The position numbers were made by a program, and so were the translations under genes. Shown here piece after piece: positions 16,697-25,508 of a DNA stretch of 64,000 nucleotides. Source of the stretch: Candidatus Brocadiia bacterium. Its GTDB lineage: Bacteria > Planctomycetota > Brocadiia > CAIUPP01. Every line of letters begins with the position of its first letter. Within the stretch, counting starts at the first letter, position 1. The notes beneath the pieces are model-generated. The model was given only the letters and a program-made list of their open reading frames with translations. It was not told the origin of the DNA and searched no databases. Where the stretch lies: positions 34,939 to 98,938 of the forward strand of contig JBEKCB010000016.1 of the NCBI GenBank assembly GCA_050015075.1, written 5' to 3'.

Positions 16697-17482
16697 CTAC
16701 GCCGCCTTCTTGGCATGTTCCAGGCGCAGGCTGGCGCGCTGCTTCGGCTCGATGAACGACTTGAGTTTCTCTTCGACCAGGCGCGGGTTGAGGCCGGCCT
16801 GAATCGCCGAGATGCCTTCGATCACCAGTTGCCGCGAGAGCGTCTCCTGCTTGCTGCGCAGTTCGAGCTTTCCGGCGAGCGGGATGCAGACCAGGTTGGC
16901 CAGCAGCGAGCCGTAGAACGTGGCGACGAGCGCCGTGGCCATGCCCTCGCCGATCGCCGAGGCATCCTTCATGTTCGACATCATGCCCACCAGCCCGATC
17001 AGCGTCGCGATCATGCCGAAAGAGGGAAACATCGCGCCCATATGGTCGAGCACGCTCTTGCCGACCATGTGGCGCTGGCGCAGTTGCTCGACCTCGGTCG
17101 TCAGCACCTCGTTAAGAACGGTGGCATCCGTGCCGTCCACGACCAGTTGGATCGCTTTCTGGACGAACGGGTCCTTGACCTCGTCGAGCGAATTTTCCAG
17201 CGCGAGCAGTCCCTCCGACCGCGCGACGCGCGCGAGCTTGACCATCCGCGCGATCTCCTCCGTCGGCGAAGGGAGTTTGTACAGGAATGTCTTCTTCACC
17301 ACCGAGAACATGCCGACGAAGCGGCTCAGCGGGAAGTGGATCATCGTCGAGGTCATGGTGCCGCCGACGCAGATCAGGATGCCGGGGATGTCAATGAAGA
17401 TCCCCACTCCGGGTCCCATGACGAGCGAGACCAGGATCAGCGTCAGTCCGAGGAAGATGCCGCCTATCGTCGCGATGTCCAT
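16697..17482 (-). CDS. motA: MotA stator protein
   Basis: MDIATIGG, ARSEGLLALE, PSFGMIATLIGL, ALVATFYG. Confidence 0.97.
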   Translation of the reverse strand: MDIATIGGIFLGLTLILVSLVMGPGVGIFIDIPGILICVGGTMTSTMIHFPLSRFVGMFSVVKKTFLYKLPSPTEEIARMVKLARVARSEGLLALENSLDEVKDPFVQKAIQLVVDGTDATVLNEVLTTEVEQLRQRHMVGKSVLDHMGAMFPSFGMIATLIGLVGMMSNMKDASAIGEGMATALVATFYGSLLANLVCIPLAGKLELRSKQETLSRQLVIEGISAIQAGLNPRLVEEKLKSFIEPKQRASLRLEHAKKAA

Positions 17483-17534
17483 GATTCTCTTCCCTCAAAA
17501 AGTCCATTCTGCAAACGGCGTCCGGCCATCCGGC

Positions 17535-18248
17535 TTACTCCGTCACCGGCTTCATCAGCGCCATCCGTTCGGTCAGCTTGGCGGCGGTATCCTGGTCGAG
17601 TTGCTCGATGATCTTGCCGGCCGCGCGCTCGCGCATGAGGAAGAGCGTCTTCGCGGCGGTCTGCTCGTCGAGTTTCTTGACGATCAGCACGGCGCGTTCC
17701 GGTTTCATCGCCTCGTAGGATGCGGCGAGCTGTTTGAGGTTCTTGGCCTCGAGCGTCTGAATTTCGGTGACCTGCCGGTCCATGCCCTCGCGGGCTTTCT
17801 TGATCTCTTCCCATTGCGAGACGACCTTCTCGCGCAGCGCCAGCAACTGCTCGCGCTCCTTGGCGATCTCCGCGCGGCTCAAGTCCACGCGTTTCTTCTC
17901 GCGGTCGAGCTCCTGCGCCCGCTCGACGCAGAGTTGCCGCTCGCCTTTGAGGTCCTCGATCAACTGCGCGATCTCCGCGCCGGAGAGCGGCTTCATGTCG
18001 CGGTAAGTCGGGACGTCTTCCTTCACTTCCTCCACGGGCTTGGGCTCAAGGGAGCCGCCGTGGCGCCAGGTGGCGATGGACACGGCCATCGGCCCGATGA
18101 CCGGCAGGCGCGCGACGGCCGGCGCGGCGGCCGGAGAGTGCGTGACGGCCACCGTCAGCGCGGCGGTCAGGCTGACGAAGAACGCCAGAACGCAGGCGAG
18201 CACGGTGATGATGCGTCGCCGCCATGTGCCGAATAGCATCTGGATCAT
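17535..18248 (-). CDS. MotE/FlbB/YlxF-like protein (TM, coiled coil, MgtE_N/ARM-like domain)
   Basis: C-terminal LAASYEAMKPERAV...LFLMRERAAGKIIEQLD pattern; located after fliJ. Confidence 0.8.
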   Translation of the reverse strand: MIQMLFGTWRRRIITVLACVLAFFVSLTAALTVAVTHSPAAAPAVARLPVIGPMAVSIATWRHGGSLEPKPVEEVKEDVPTYRDMKPLSGAEIAQLIEDLKGERQLCVERAQELDREKKRVDLSRAEIAKEREQLLALREKVVSQWEEIKKAREGMDRQVTEIQTLEAKNLKQLAASYEAMKPERAVLIVKKLDEQTAAKTLFLMRERAAGKIIEQLDQDTAAKLTERMALMKPVTE

Positions 18249-18814
18249 GCTGAGACTCCTGTAGTAAGGCCGGATTGGGACTGCCGGAGGTCGGTCGTGG
18301 CATGCCGCGAGCGTTCCCTGGAAGCGTCATGCCGGTCGTGGTGCGCCGAGACGTCCTGGGTTGTCGCCCCGGTTCTGGCGGTTGCCACGCGGACGGACGC
18401 CGTGTCGTCGGCGACCTGGACCTGCTGCCGCGTATCTTCCGTCTGGTACTCCGCGTGCAGGCGCTCGCGGAGCCGCTCGTAGGACTTGCGTGCGGTCGCG
18501 GCTTCTTTGAGGCGCTCGCGGACGGCCTCGGCCTGCCGCTCGGCGGCGCGGAGCAGTTCGCGTTCGCGGCCGGCGCGCTGCCGCAGCGTTTCCGTGGCGT
18601 GCAGCAGTTCCCTCAGCAGGCGCGGCTCGATCCGGCCTTTCTGGCTCTCGCGGATCCGCCCTTCCCATTCCGCCCAGAGACGCATCGTCTGCTCGAGCTG
18701 CCGGCGCGCTTCCGTCTCGGCCGCCTGGGCCCGGGCGAGTTCGATCTGCACGCTGCGTTCGCGCTGCGCCGCGACGTCGAGCAGGGTCTGATGGCGGAAC
18801 TGGAATCGCTTCAT
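18245..18814 (-). CDS. fliJ: Flagellar export protein FliJ
   Basis: MKRFQFRHQTLL start, coiled coil, RKSYERLRE. ATGA overlap with fliI. Confidence 0.88.
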   Translation of the reverse strand: MKRFQFRHQTLLDVAAQRERSVQIELARAQAAETEARRQLEQTMRLWAEWEGRIRESQKGRIEPRLLRELLHATETLRQRAGRERELLRAAERQAEAVRERLKEAATARKSYERLRERLHAEYQTEDTRQQVQVADDTASVRVATARTGATTQDVSAHHDRHDASRERSRHATTDLRQSQSGLTTGVSA

Positions 18815-20154
18815 GTCAGATTTGCTCCCTTGAGATTCGGGGCCGGTTCCTGCACCAGTTCGACGAGGCGCTGCACGTCGCGCTGCATGTCGTGCGAGCA
18901 CTCGTTGACGGTCTGCCGGCGATACTCGTTCGCGCGCGGGCAGAAGGCGATGGCCTGGTCAATGTCGGCGCTCGAGCCTTTCTTATAGGCGCCGATGTTG
19001 ACCATGTCCTCGGCCTCGCGGTACGTGTAGGTGATCGCCTTGAACCGCTGCGCCGCGCCCAGGTGTTCCTTGGTCACGATGTCCGGCATGGTGCGGCTGA
19101 CGCTCTCGTGAATGTCAATGGCCGGGTAGAACCCGCGCGAGGCGAGCTTGCGCGAGAGGACGATGTGCCCGTCGAGGATCGAGCGCACCTGGTCGGAAAG
19201 CGGCTCGTTGGTGTCGTCGCCTTCGACGAGCACGGCGTAGAAGCCGGTGATGCTGCCTTTGCGGTTGCGGCCGGCGCGTTCGAGCAGCTTGGGCAGCATG
19301 GCGAAGACCGAAGGCGTGTAGCCGCGCGTCGTCGGCGGCTCGCCGATCGCCAGGCCCACCTCGCGCATGGCCGTGGCGACCCGCGTGACGGAATCCATAA
19401 TGAGCATCACGTCATGGCCCAGGTCGCGGAAATACTCCGCGATCGTGGTCGCCACGAAGGCGCCCTTCATCCGCACCAGCGCCGGCTGGTCCGACGTCGC
19501 GGCCACCACCACGGAATGTTCCAGGGCGTCCTGCAGGTTGTGCTGCAGGAAGTCCCGCACTTCGCGGCCGCGCTCGCCGACCAGCGCAATGACGTTGACG
19601 GAGGCCTTGGTGTGCTTGGCGATGGCGCCCAGGAGCATGCTCTTGCCCACGCCGCTGCCGCCGAAGATGCCGATGCGCTGCCCTTTGCCGCAGGTGAGCA
19701 GGCCGTCAATCGCGCGCACGCCGATCGGCAGCGGCTCGACGATGCACGGACGGTCCATCGGGCAAGGCGCATGGCCGTGCACCAAGCGCTCCTGCGAGGA
19801 GAGGATCGGCCCGCGCCCGTCAATCGGATTTCCCAGTCCATCCACCACGCGGCCGAGTAGGTTCTCGGAAACGCCCAGGCTGAACAGGCGGCCGCGCGAG
19901 ACGACTTCGTCGCCGTACGCGATGCCGCTCATTTCGGAGAGCGGCATCAGCAGCGTGCGGTCGTCGCGGAAGCCGACGACTTCGGCCGTGACCACGCGGC
20001 TGCCGTCGAGCGAGCGGATCTCGACCATCTCGCCGACGGAGGCCGCCGGCCCGTTCGATTCGACCACCAGCCCGATGATCTTGCTGACGCGCCCCAGCCA
20101 GCGGTACGGCCGGGTGCGCTCGATCCGGGCGATGTATTCCTGTTGAATGCTCAT
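18811..20154 (-). CDS. fliI: Flagellar export ATPase FliI
   Basis: GGSGVGKS P-loop, GERGREV, MDSVTR, GEPPTTRGYTPS. Confidence 0.98.
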   Translation of the reverse strand: MSIQQEYIARIERTRPYRWLGRVSKIIGLVVESNGPAASVGEMVEIRSLDGSRVVTAEVVGFRDDRTLLMPLSEMSGIAYGDEVVSRGRLFSLGVSENLLGRVVDGLGNPIDGRGPILSSQERLVHGHAPCPMDRPCIVEPLPIGVRAIDGLLTCGKGQRIGIFGGSGVGKSMLLGAIAKHTKASVNVIALVGERGREVRDFLQHNLQDALEHSVVVAATSDQPALVRMKGAFVATTIAEYFRDLGHDVMLIMDSVTRVATAMREVGLAIGEPPTTRGYTPSVFAMLPKLLERAGRNRKGSITGFYAVLVEGDDTNEPLSDQVRSILDGHIVLSRKLASRGFYPAIDIHESVSRTMPDIVTKEHLGAAQRFKAITYTYREAEDMVNIGAYKKGSSADIDQAIAFCPRANEYRRQTVNECSHDMQRDVQRLVELVQEPAPNLKGANLT

Positions 20155-20885
20155 GACGCTGGTTCCGATTCCAGGTTTCCGCCGGCCGACTGATCAGCGG
20201 TTTCGGAGCGGGCCGCGGCGGCTTCCGACTTTTGATTTCCCAGCAGCGCCGCGGTCATCTCGTCGAGGCGCGTTTCCAGCCGCGCGTCGAGTTTGCCGAA
20301 GCCGGTTTCGAGGATGACGCCGCCGGGCTTGATCTCCTGCGAGGCCTGCAACGCAATCTTGGCTTTCTCGAGGCGTTCGGCGGCGCCCGGCGACTGCTTG
20401 AGGCGCTCGAGGTCGTCCGGATGCAGGCGCACGGCGAAGACCTTGCGGCCTTCGGCTTCGGCCAGCAGGGCGTTGACCATCTCGCCGACGATGGCGGGGT
20501 TCGTTTTCATTTCGCCCATGACCACGCGCCGCGCGATGGCCAGGCTCAGTTCGAGAATCTCCGCGCGACGCGTCTGTTCGGCCGCCGGGGAGAACTGCGC
20601 CTGCAGTTGTTCGACCGCGCCGGCCAGGGCGTTGGCGGCCTGGAATGTCTTGCGCTGCTCGGCCTGGCGCAGGCCGTCTTCGAGCCCCTTCTGATAGGCT
20701 TCCCGCCGGATTTTCTCGCTGCCGCTTTCGCCGGGATCCTCGCTCGAATAGTCAAGCGCGGAACCGAGCGGTTCGAGGACGTGGCAAACGACCTCCGATT
20801 TCCGGTCTCCGCTTTCCGAATGCGCCGCGGCCGGCTCGTCGGGCATTTCGCATTCGCTGATCTGGAGGATAGTGCTTCGCTTCAT
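20151..20885 (-). CDS. fliH: Flagellar assembly protein FliH
   Basis: AYQKGLEDG, RLHPDD, GGVILETGFGKLDA. Confidence 0.92.
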   Translation of the reverse strand: MKRSTILQISECEMPDEPAAAHSESGDRKSEVVCHVLEPLGSALDYSSEDPGESGSEKIRREAYQKGLEDGLRQAEQRKTFQAANALAGAVEQLQAQFSPAAEQTRRAEILELSLAIARRVVMGEMKTNPAIVGEMVNALLAEAEGRKVFAVRLHPDDLERLKQSPGAAERLEKAKIALQASQEIKPGGVILETGFGKLDARLETRLDEMTAALLGNQKSEAAAARSETADQSAGGNLESEPAS

Positions 20886-21904
20886 ACGAGCGGGTCCTCC
20901 TCGGAGCTGCCGCCGCGCAGGTTGACTTCGCCGGTGGAGCCCAGCTTCCGTACGATGTCCACGATCTGCTGCTGCGCGGCCTTGACCTGCGAGCGCGGCT
21001 TGGGGCCGAGCAATTCGAGTTCTTCAGTCACGGTCTCGGCGGCGCGCCGGGAGAGGTTCGCGAAGATCTTCTGCTTCAACGGCTCCGAAGCGGTCTTCAG
21101 CGCCATGGCCAGGATCTGCGTGTCCACGGACATCAGCACCTTGCGCATGCCCGCGTCGTTGAGGGTGAGGAGGTCCTCGAAAGTGAACATCATGTCGCGG
21201 ATGCGCTTGACCATCTCGGGGGACTCGCCGGAGAGTTCCTTCAGGATCTTCTCTTCAGCGGCGGGGCCGAGCAGGTTGATGAGTTCCGCGACGCGCTTGA
21301 ATTTCTTTTCGGTGCCGCTGGAGCCCTTGTCGCGCGAGGCGTCCACGGCGCCCTTGTTGCGGATGAGGTCGCCGAGTTTCTTGAGAATGTTGCCGTCGGT
21401 CTGCTGGCTGACCGCCATGCGCCGGATGACGTCGGTCTGCATGTCGGGACTGAAGAGGGCCAGCGTGGGCGCGGCGAGCTTGGGGTCCACGTGCGTCAGG
21501 ATGACGGAGATGGTCTGCGGGTGCTCGTCGGCGAGCAGCTTGTAGAGTTCCTCGGCGGGCAGCGAGCGCAGCGGCTGGAAGATTTTCTCGGTGGACGTGT
21601 CGGCGCCGATCTCCTGGAGCAGGTGCCGCGCGCCGTCATGTCCGACGGCCAGCTCGAGGCGCTCGCGAAGGACCAACGGGTTGGCCGCGATGCCGCTGGA
21701 CGATTCGTTCGAGCGGAGCGCGAATTCGTGCAGAACGGCCGAGGCGATCTGCGGCTGCACGTCGCCAAGGCCGTGCATCTCGCGCGTGACCGCGGCCAGG
21801 TCGCTTTCCGAAAGGTTCTTCAGCACCGCCGCGGCGGTCTCCGAATCCACCGACAGCAGCACGGTCGCCGCCTTTTGTCCGCCTGAGAGTTCCACGATGT
21901 CCAT
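20882..21904 (-). CDS. fliG: Motor switch protein FliG
   Basis: LSGGQKAA, EHPQT, MFTFEDL, NLSRRAA, AQQQIV. Confidence 0.97.
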   Translation of the reverse strand: MDIVELSGGQKAATVLLSVDSETAAAVLKNLSESDLAAVTREMHGLGDVQPQIASAVLHEFALRSNESSSGIAANPLVLRERLELAVGHDGARHLLQEIGADTSTEKIFQPLRSLPAEELYKLLADEHPQTISVILTHVDPKLAAPTLALFSPDMQTDVIRRMAVSQQTDGNILKKLGDLIRNKGAVDASRDKGSSGTEKKFKRVAELINLLGPAAEEKILKELSGESPEMVKRIRDMMFTFEDLLTLNDAGMRKVLMSVDTQILAMALKTASEPLKQKIFANLSRRAAETVTEELELLGPKPRSQVKAAQQQIVDIVRKLGSTGEVNLRGGSSEEDPLV

Positions 21905-21935
21905 TCCTTACAAAGCCGTTATCGGCGTTCCGCCG

Positions 21936-23459
21936 TCAACTTCTGGGCTCGCTGATCCATCGCTGGAGGAGCCGCGCGGCCGCCTCCGGATCCTTGGCCA
22001 TGACGTCCTTGACTCGGTTGCGCAACTGAACGTGACCGTCGCCGCCGGTTGCGCCGCCGTAGAATTCCGGCGCGATGAGGGCTTCTCTGCCGGTCTCAGG
22101 CGCGGAAGCGCCCGGCTTCGGGACGGAGCGCAGGATTTTGCGCAGCGACAGCCCGGCGAAGACGACGAAAATGAGGGCCGCCAGCACGGGAACCGCCTGC
22201 TTGGCGACCTGGGCTATTTTCGCTGATCCTTTTTCCGGGGCCGGCGCGGCGGCATCGTCCGCCTTGGGCTCTTTGTGGAAGGCCATGGCGGTCAGTTGAA
22301 ACGAGTCCTTGCGCGTGGCGCCGGTCTCTTCGAATCCCACGGCGCGCTTGACGACCATGCCCAGGTCCTCGATCTGCTGCGGGGTCAAAGCGGTGTCTTT
22401 TCCGTCCTTGTCGGTGGTGGACGGATCAATGATGACCGCGACGTCGAGGTGCTTGATCGTGCCGGCGGCCATCTGCGTGGTGCGGACGGTCTTGGGCACG
22501 TCGTAGTTGGTCTCGTTAGTTTCTTCGGACATTCCGCCGCCTGCCGCGGCCGCGGCGCCTTCGCCCGCCGCGGTGGAGGTCTTGGAGGTGGTCTTCTCCG
22601 TGCGCGCCACGCGGTTCGCGGCGTCAACCTGCTCTTTGGTCTCCGTGATGCGGTCCATGTCAACGATCGCGCTGATCTTCACGACCGACTTGCCCGGCCC
22701 GAGGGCGCGGTCGAGCATGACCTGGGCCTTCTGGGCGAGCTGCTCTTCGCAGTTCCGGCGGAAGGCCTGCAGGTCCGCGGCCTCGGCGCTGTCCGCGTCG
22801 TTGTGGGGCGAGCTCAGTAGGTTGCCCTGCTCGTCAATGACCGTCACGTTTTTCAGGTCGAGTCCCTCGACGCTGGCGGCGACCAGCCGGGCGATGCCGC
22901 CGACCTGGATGGCGCTCAGCGACTGGCCCGGATGGAGTTTCAAGGTGATCGCCGCGGTGGTCTGGCGCTGGTCCTCGGCGAAGAGGCTCGCCTCGGCCTG
23001 GGCGATCTGGACATCCGCCCAGGCGATCTGTTCGATGTGCATGATCGTGCGGGCCAGTTCGCCCTGGATGGCGCGGCGCTTCATCATCTGCTCCGCGAGC
23101 GGGCTGGTGCCCCAGCCGGGCCCTTCCCAAAGCTCGAGCCCGACGCGGTTGCCCGTCATCAAGCCCTTGTTGGCGAGGGCGATGCGCAGGTCGTACTTCT
23201 GCCCTTCGGGGACCATCAGCGCCTTGCCGCCCGCCGTGATCTGGTAGGGCACCTTCGAGTCCTTCAGGTATCCGACGACCTGGGCCATGTCTTTCTCTTC
23301 CAGGTCGGAGTAGAGCAACTCGTAGGAAGGCTGCCGCGCGACGCAAACCAGCACCACCCCGCCCGCGATGACACCGAGGGCGACGAGGAGCAGGCTCACC
23401 TTCTGGTTGATCCCCAGCTTGTTCCAGATGGCCGTCACTTGCTTGATTAGGCTGCCCAT
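21936..23459 (-). CDS. fliF: MS-ring protein FliF
   Basis: Two TMs, YELLYSDL, RAIQGELARTI, DPEAAARLLQRW. Confidence 0.97.
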   Translation of the reverse strand: MGSLIKQVTAIWNKLGINQKVSLLLVALGVIAGGVVLVCVARQPSYELLYSDLEEKDMAQVVGYLKDSKVPYQITAGGKALMVPEGQKYDLRIALANKGLMTGNRVGLELWEGPGWGTSPLAEQMMKRRAIQGELARTIMHIEQIAWADVQIAQAEASLFAEDQRQTTAAITLKLHPGQSLSAIQVGGIARLVAASVEGLDLKNVTVIDEQGNLLSSPHNDADSAEAADLQAFRRNCEEQLAQKAQVMLDRALGPGKSVVKISAIVDMDRITETKEQVDAANRVARTEKTTSKTSTAAGEGAAAAAGGGMSEETNETNYDVPKTVRTTQMAAGTIKHLDVAVIIDPSTTDKDGKDTALTPQQIEDLGMVVKRAVGFEETGATRKDSFQLTAMAFHKEPKADDAAAPAPEKGSAKIAQVAKQAVPVLAALIFVVFAGLSLRKILRSVPKPGASAPETGREALIAPEFYGGATGGDGHVQLRNRVKDVMAKDPEAAARLLQRWISEPRS

Positions 23460-23491
23460 GGGTTCTCTCTAAGCTAAAAGAAGCTGTCCGC

Positions 23492-23794
23492 TCAGATCGG
23501 CATCTGCATCACTTGCTTGTACGCGTCGAGCAGCCGGTTGCGGACTTCGAGCATGTAATTGAAGGAGACTTCGGCTTTGCCGAGGGCGATCATGACTTGA
23601 TGGACGTTGTCGGTCTTGCCCGCGGCCAGTTGGGCGACCGCGTCGGCGGCCTGGTTCTGGGACTGGTTGACATCCTGGAGCAGATTGCCGACGACCTGTC
23701 CGAAATCGCCGGCGCCGGAGGCGGCCGGTTTCAGAGGCTGGATCTGGGTCACGGCCTGTGCGGGCTGCAACGGCTGGATCGGGGCGAGCGACAT
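23492..23794 (-). CDS. fliE: Hook-basal body protein FliE
   Basis: VHQVMIA...EVRNRLLDAYKQVMQMPI. Confidence 0.96.
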   Translation of the reverse strand: MSLAPIQPLQPAQAVTQIQPLKPAASGAGDFGQVVGNLLQDVNQSQNQAADAVAQLAAGKTDNVHQVMIALGKAEVSFNYMLEVRNRLLDAYKQVMQMPI

Positions 23795-23804
23795 GGCGTT
23801 CCTC

Positions 23805-24242
23805 CTACTGTCTCAGGATCGTGAGGGAACTGCGGATCATTTCGCGGTACGCCTTCATCGCGGAGAGGTTGGCTTCGTACTCGCGTTGCGCGGAGACCAT
23901 ATCCACCATTTCCTTGGTCACGTCCACGTCCGGCACCTGAACAAATCCCTTCTTGTCCGCCATGGGGTGCTCCGGGTCGTAGATCGTTTTCGGCGGCGCC
24001 TTGCTGACCGTGACGGAGGCCACGGACACGCCGCCGAGGTTCTCGCCGGGCATGCCATCCGCCGCGGCGTTCTTGAGGACGGTGGAGAACGTCACCTCGC
24101 GGCGGCGATACGGTCCGCCTTCGGGGGTGACGAGGCTGTTGGCGTTGGCGATGTTGCTCGCGATGACATTCATGCGCATCCGCTGCGCGCTCAGGCCGGA
24201 GGCGCTGATGTCCAGGGCCCCCATCGGATCATTATCTGGCAT
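23805..24242 (-). CDS. flgC: Proximal rod protein FlgC
   Basis: ISASGLSAQR...NIANANS, PYRRR, YDPEHP, YEAN. Confidence 0.97.
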   Translation of the reverse strand: MPDNDPMGALDISASGLSAQRMRMNVIASNIANANSLVTPEGGPYRRREVTFSTVLKNAAADGMPGENLGGVSVASVTVSKAPPKTIYDPEHPMADKKGFVQVPDVDVTKEMVDMVSAQREYEANLSAMKAYREMIRSSLTILRQ

Positions 24243-24263
24243 CGCTATCTCCCTTATTCGGCT

Positions 24264-24599
24264 TTACTTGGAGGTCACGGCCGTGCGCAGCATCCGAAGG
24301 CGATAAGCTGCAATTTCGGCGAAAGCGTTGAAGTTGAGTTCGTTCTTCGCGCCGCCGGCGGCTTCCACCTCGGTGTCCACGCCGGGCTGCCGGGCCTTTT
24401 CGACATGCAACTGGACATTTCGGATTTTTTGGGGGTCGCCGCTCTCGATCGCCTCCCGGAGTTCCGCGCTGAAACTGACGTGCAGCTTGTGGTAATCCTT
24501 GACCCCGGCGTTGGCGGTGTTGTGGGCGGTGATTCTCTGCTGCGCCGCGTAAAGGTCCATCATTTTTTCGGGAATCGCGAGATCATTGTCGCCAATCAT
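24264..24599 (-). CDS. flgB: Proximal rod protein FlgB
   Basis: AHNTANAGVKDY, VDTEVE...NEL; immediately upstream of flgC. Confidence 0.88.
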   Translation of the reverse strand: MIGDNDLAIPEKMMDLYAAQQRITAHNTANAGVKDYHKLHVSFSAELREAIESGDPQKIRNVQLHVEKARQPGVDTEVEAAGGAKNELNFNAFAEIAAYRLRMLRTAVTSK

Positions 24600-24717
24600 C
24601 GAATTCCACTCCTTTTTTCACGCGCGGCCTGTGCGAAACGGTCGGTTGATGAAAAAATCCTCAAAACGTTGACTTCCTCAACAGATTTGGCTGGTCTCAG
24701 GTGCACGTTCATGAAAA

Positions 24718-24733
24718 CGCAAAACGCGTGCCG
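24718..24733 (-). promoter_or_regulatory. Sigma54 (-24/-12) promoter of the flgB operon
   Basis: Minus strand reads CGGCACGCGTTTTGCG (GG-N10-GC). Confidence 0.8.
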
Positions 24734-24734
24734 G

Positions 24735-24779
24735 AACTACAGACTGCGGAGTGCAGAGTGCCAGGGAGTGCGGAGTACG
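24735..24779. repeat. Degenerate heptamer tandem repeat (GAGTGCG-like)
   Basis: AACTACA GACTGCG GAGTGCA GAGTGCC AGG GAGTGCG GAGTACG. Confidence 0.5.
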
Positions 24780-24800
24780 GCGGCCTTCGTGCGGCGTCTT

Positions 24801-25508
24801 CTACTTCGTGCTCTGGCCCCAGAGGATCCACCATTTGATTTCGCCCGCCCACCACGTGGCTTCGTCGGTCCAGGGACTGGTCGGCGAGGCCGTCATCAGC
24901 GCTTCGTAGGCCGCGCCGGCGGCCTGAAGATCGTTGCTGTGCCGGGCGCAGTTCCCAACCTGAAACCGTGACCACGCCAGGATGTCCGCCTTGGGCTTGG
25001 ACTCGATGATCCGCTGGTACGCGGCCCGCGCCAGGTCGTATTTGCCCATCGCGTAAAGGGCGTTTGCGTATTCCTCTTCCAGGCCTTTGGCCGGCTCTTT
25101 CGGGACTTCTTTCGGATCCGGCGCCGGTTTCACCACCGGGACTTTGACTACGGGAGCCGCCGCCGAGGGAAGCGGCAGGGATTCCACGGCCTTGAGCTCC
25201 GCTTCCATTTTCTGCAGCTTGGAGGTCTCTTGCTCGAGATCTTTCTCCAGTGCGTCGCCCGGGACCGGCTGTTCGGCGCGCGCGGGGGCCGGGGCCGGAG
25301 CAACTTCGAGCGGCTTCGGAGCTTGGGCGGCCGCCGGCGCGGCGGGCGCGGATTCCACCGCCTTGGCGGGCTGAGGTTGAGCCGCCTGGATTGCGGCGGG
25401 CGGATCTTTCGCCGCTTCGTCGGCGCGAACGGGCCACGCAGCGATCAGGCAGACGGCCGCCGCCGTTCCCAGACGCATCAATCGGGTCAACGATTTCATG
25501 GGTCTCAT
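24801..25508 (-). CDS. Exported TPR protein with Pro/Ala-rich linker
   Basis: Signal-peptide-like N-terminus (VRA|DE), low-complexity linker, TPR helices YANALYAMGKYDLARAAYQ. Confidence 0.85.
   Translation of the reverse strand: MRPMKSLTRLMRLGTAAAVCLIAAWPVRADEAAKDPPAAIQAAQPQPAKAVESAPAAPAAAQAPKPLEVAPAPAPARAEQPVPGDALEKDLEQETSKLQKMEAELKAVESLPLPSAAAPVVKVPVVKPAPDPKEVPKEPAKGLEEEYANALYAMGKYDLARAAYQRIIESKPKADILAWSRFQVGNCARHSNDLQAAGAAYEALMTASPTSPWTDEATWWAGEIKWWILWGQSTK

Noticed and set aside
7227-23459. Non-flagellar type III injectisome
   Set aside because: Rod, hook, L/P rings, stators and flagellin are all present, and there are no secretin or needle genes.
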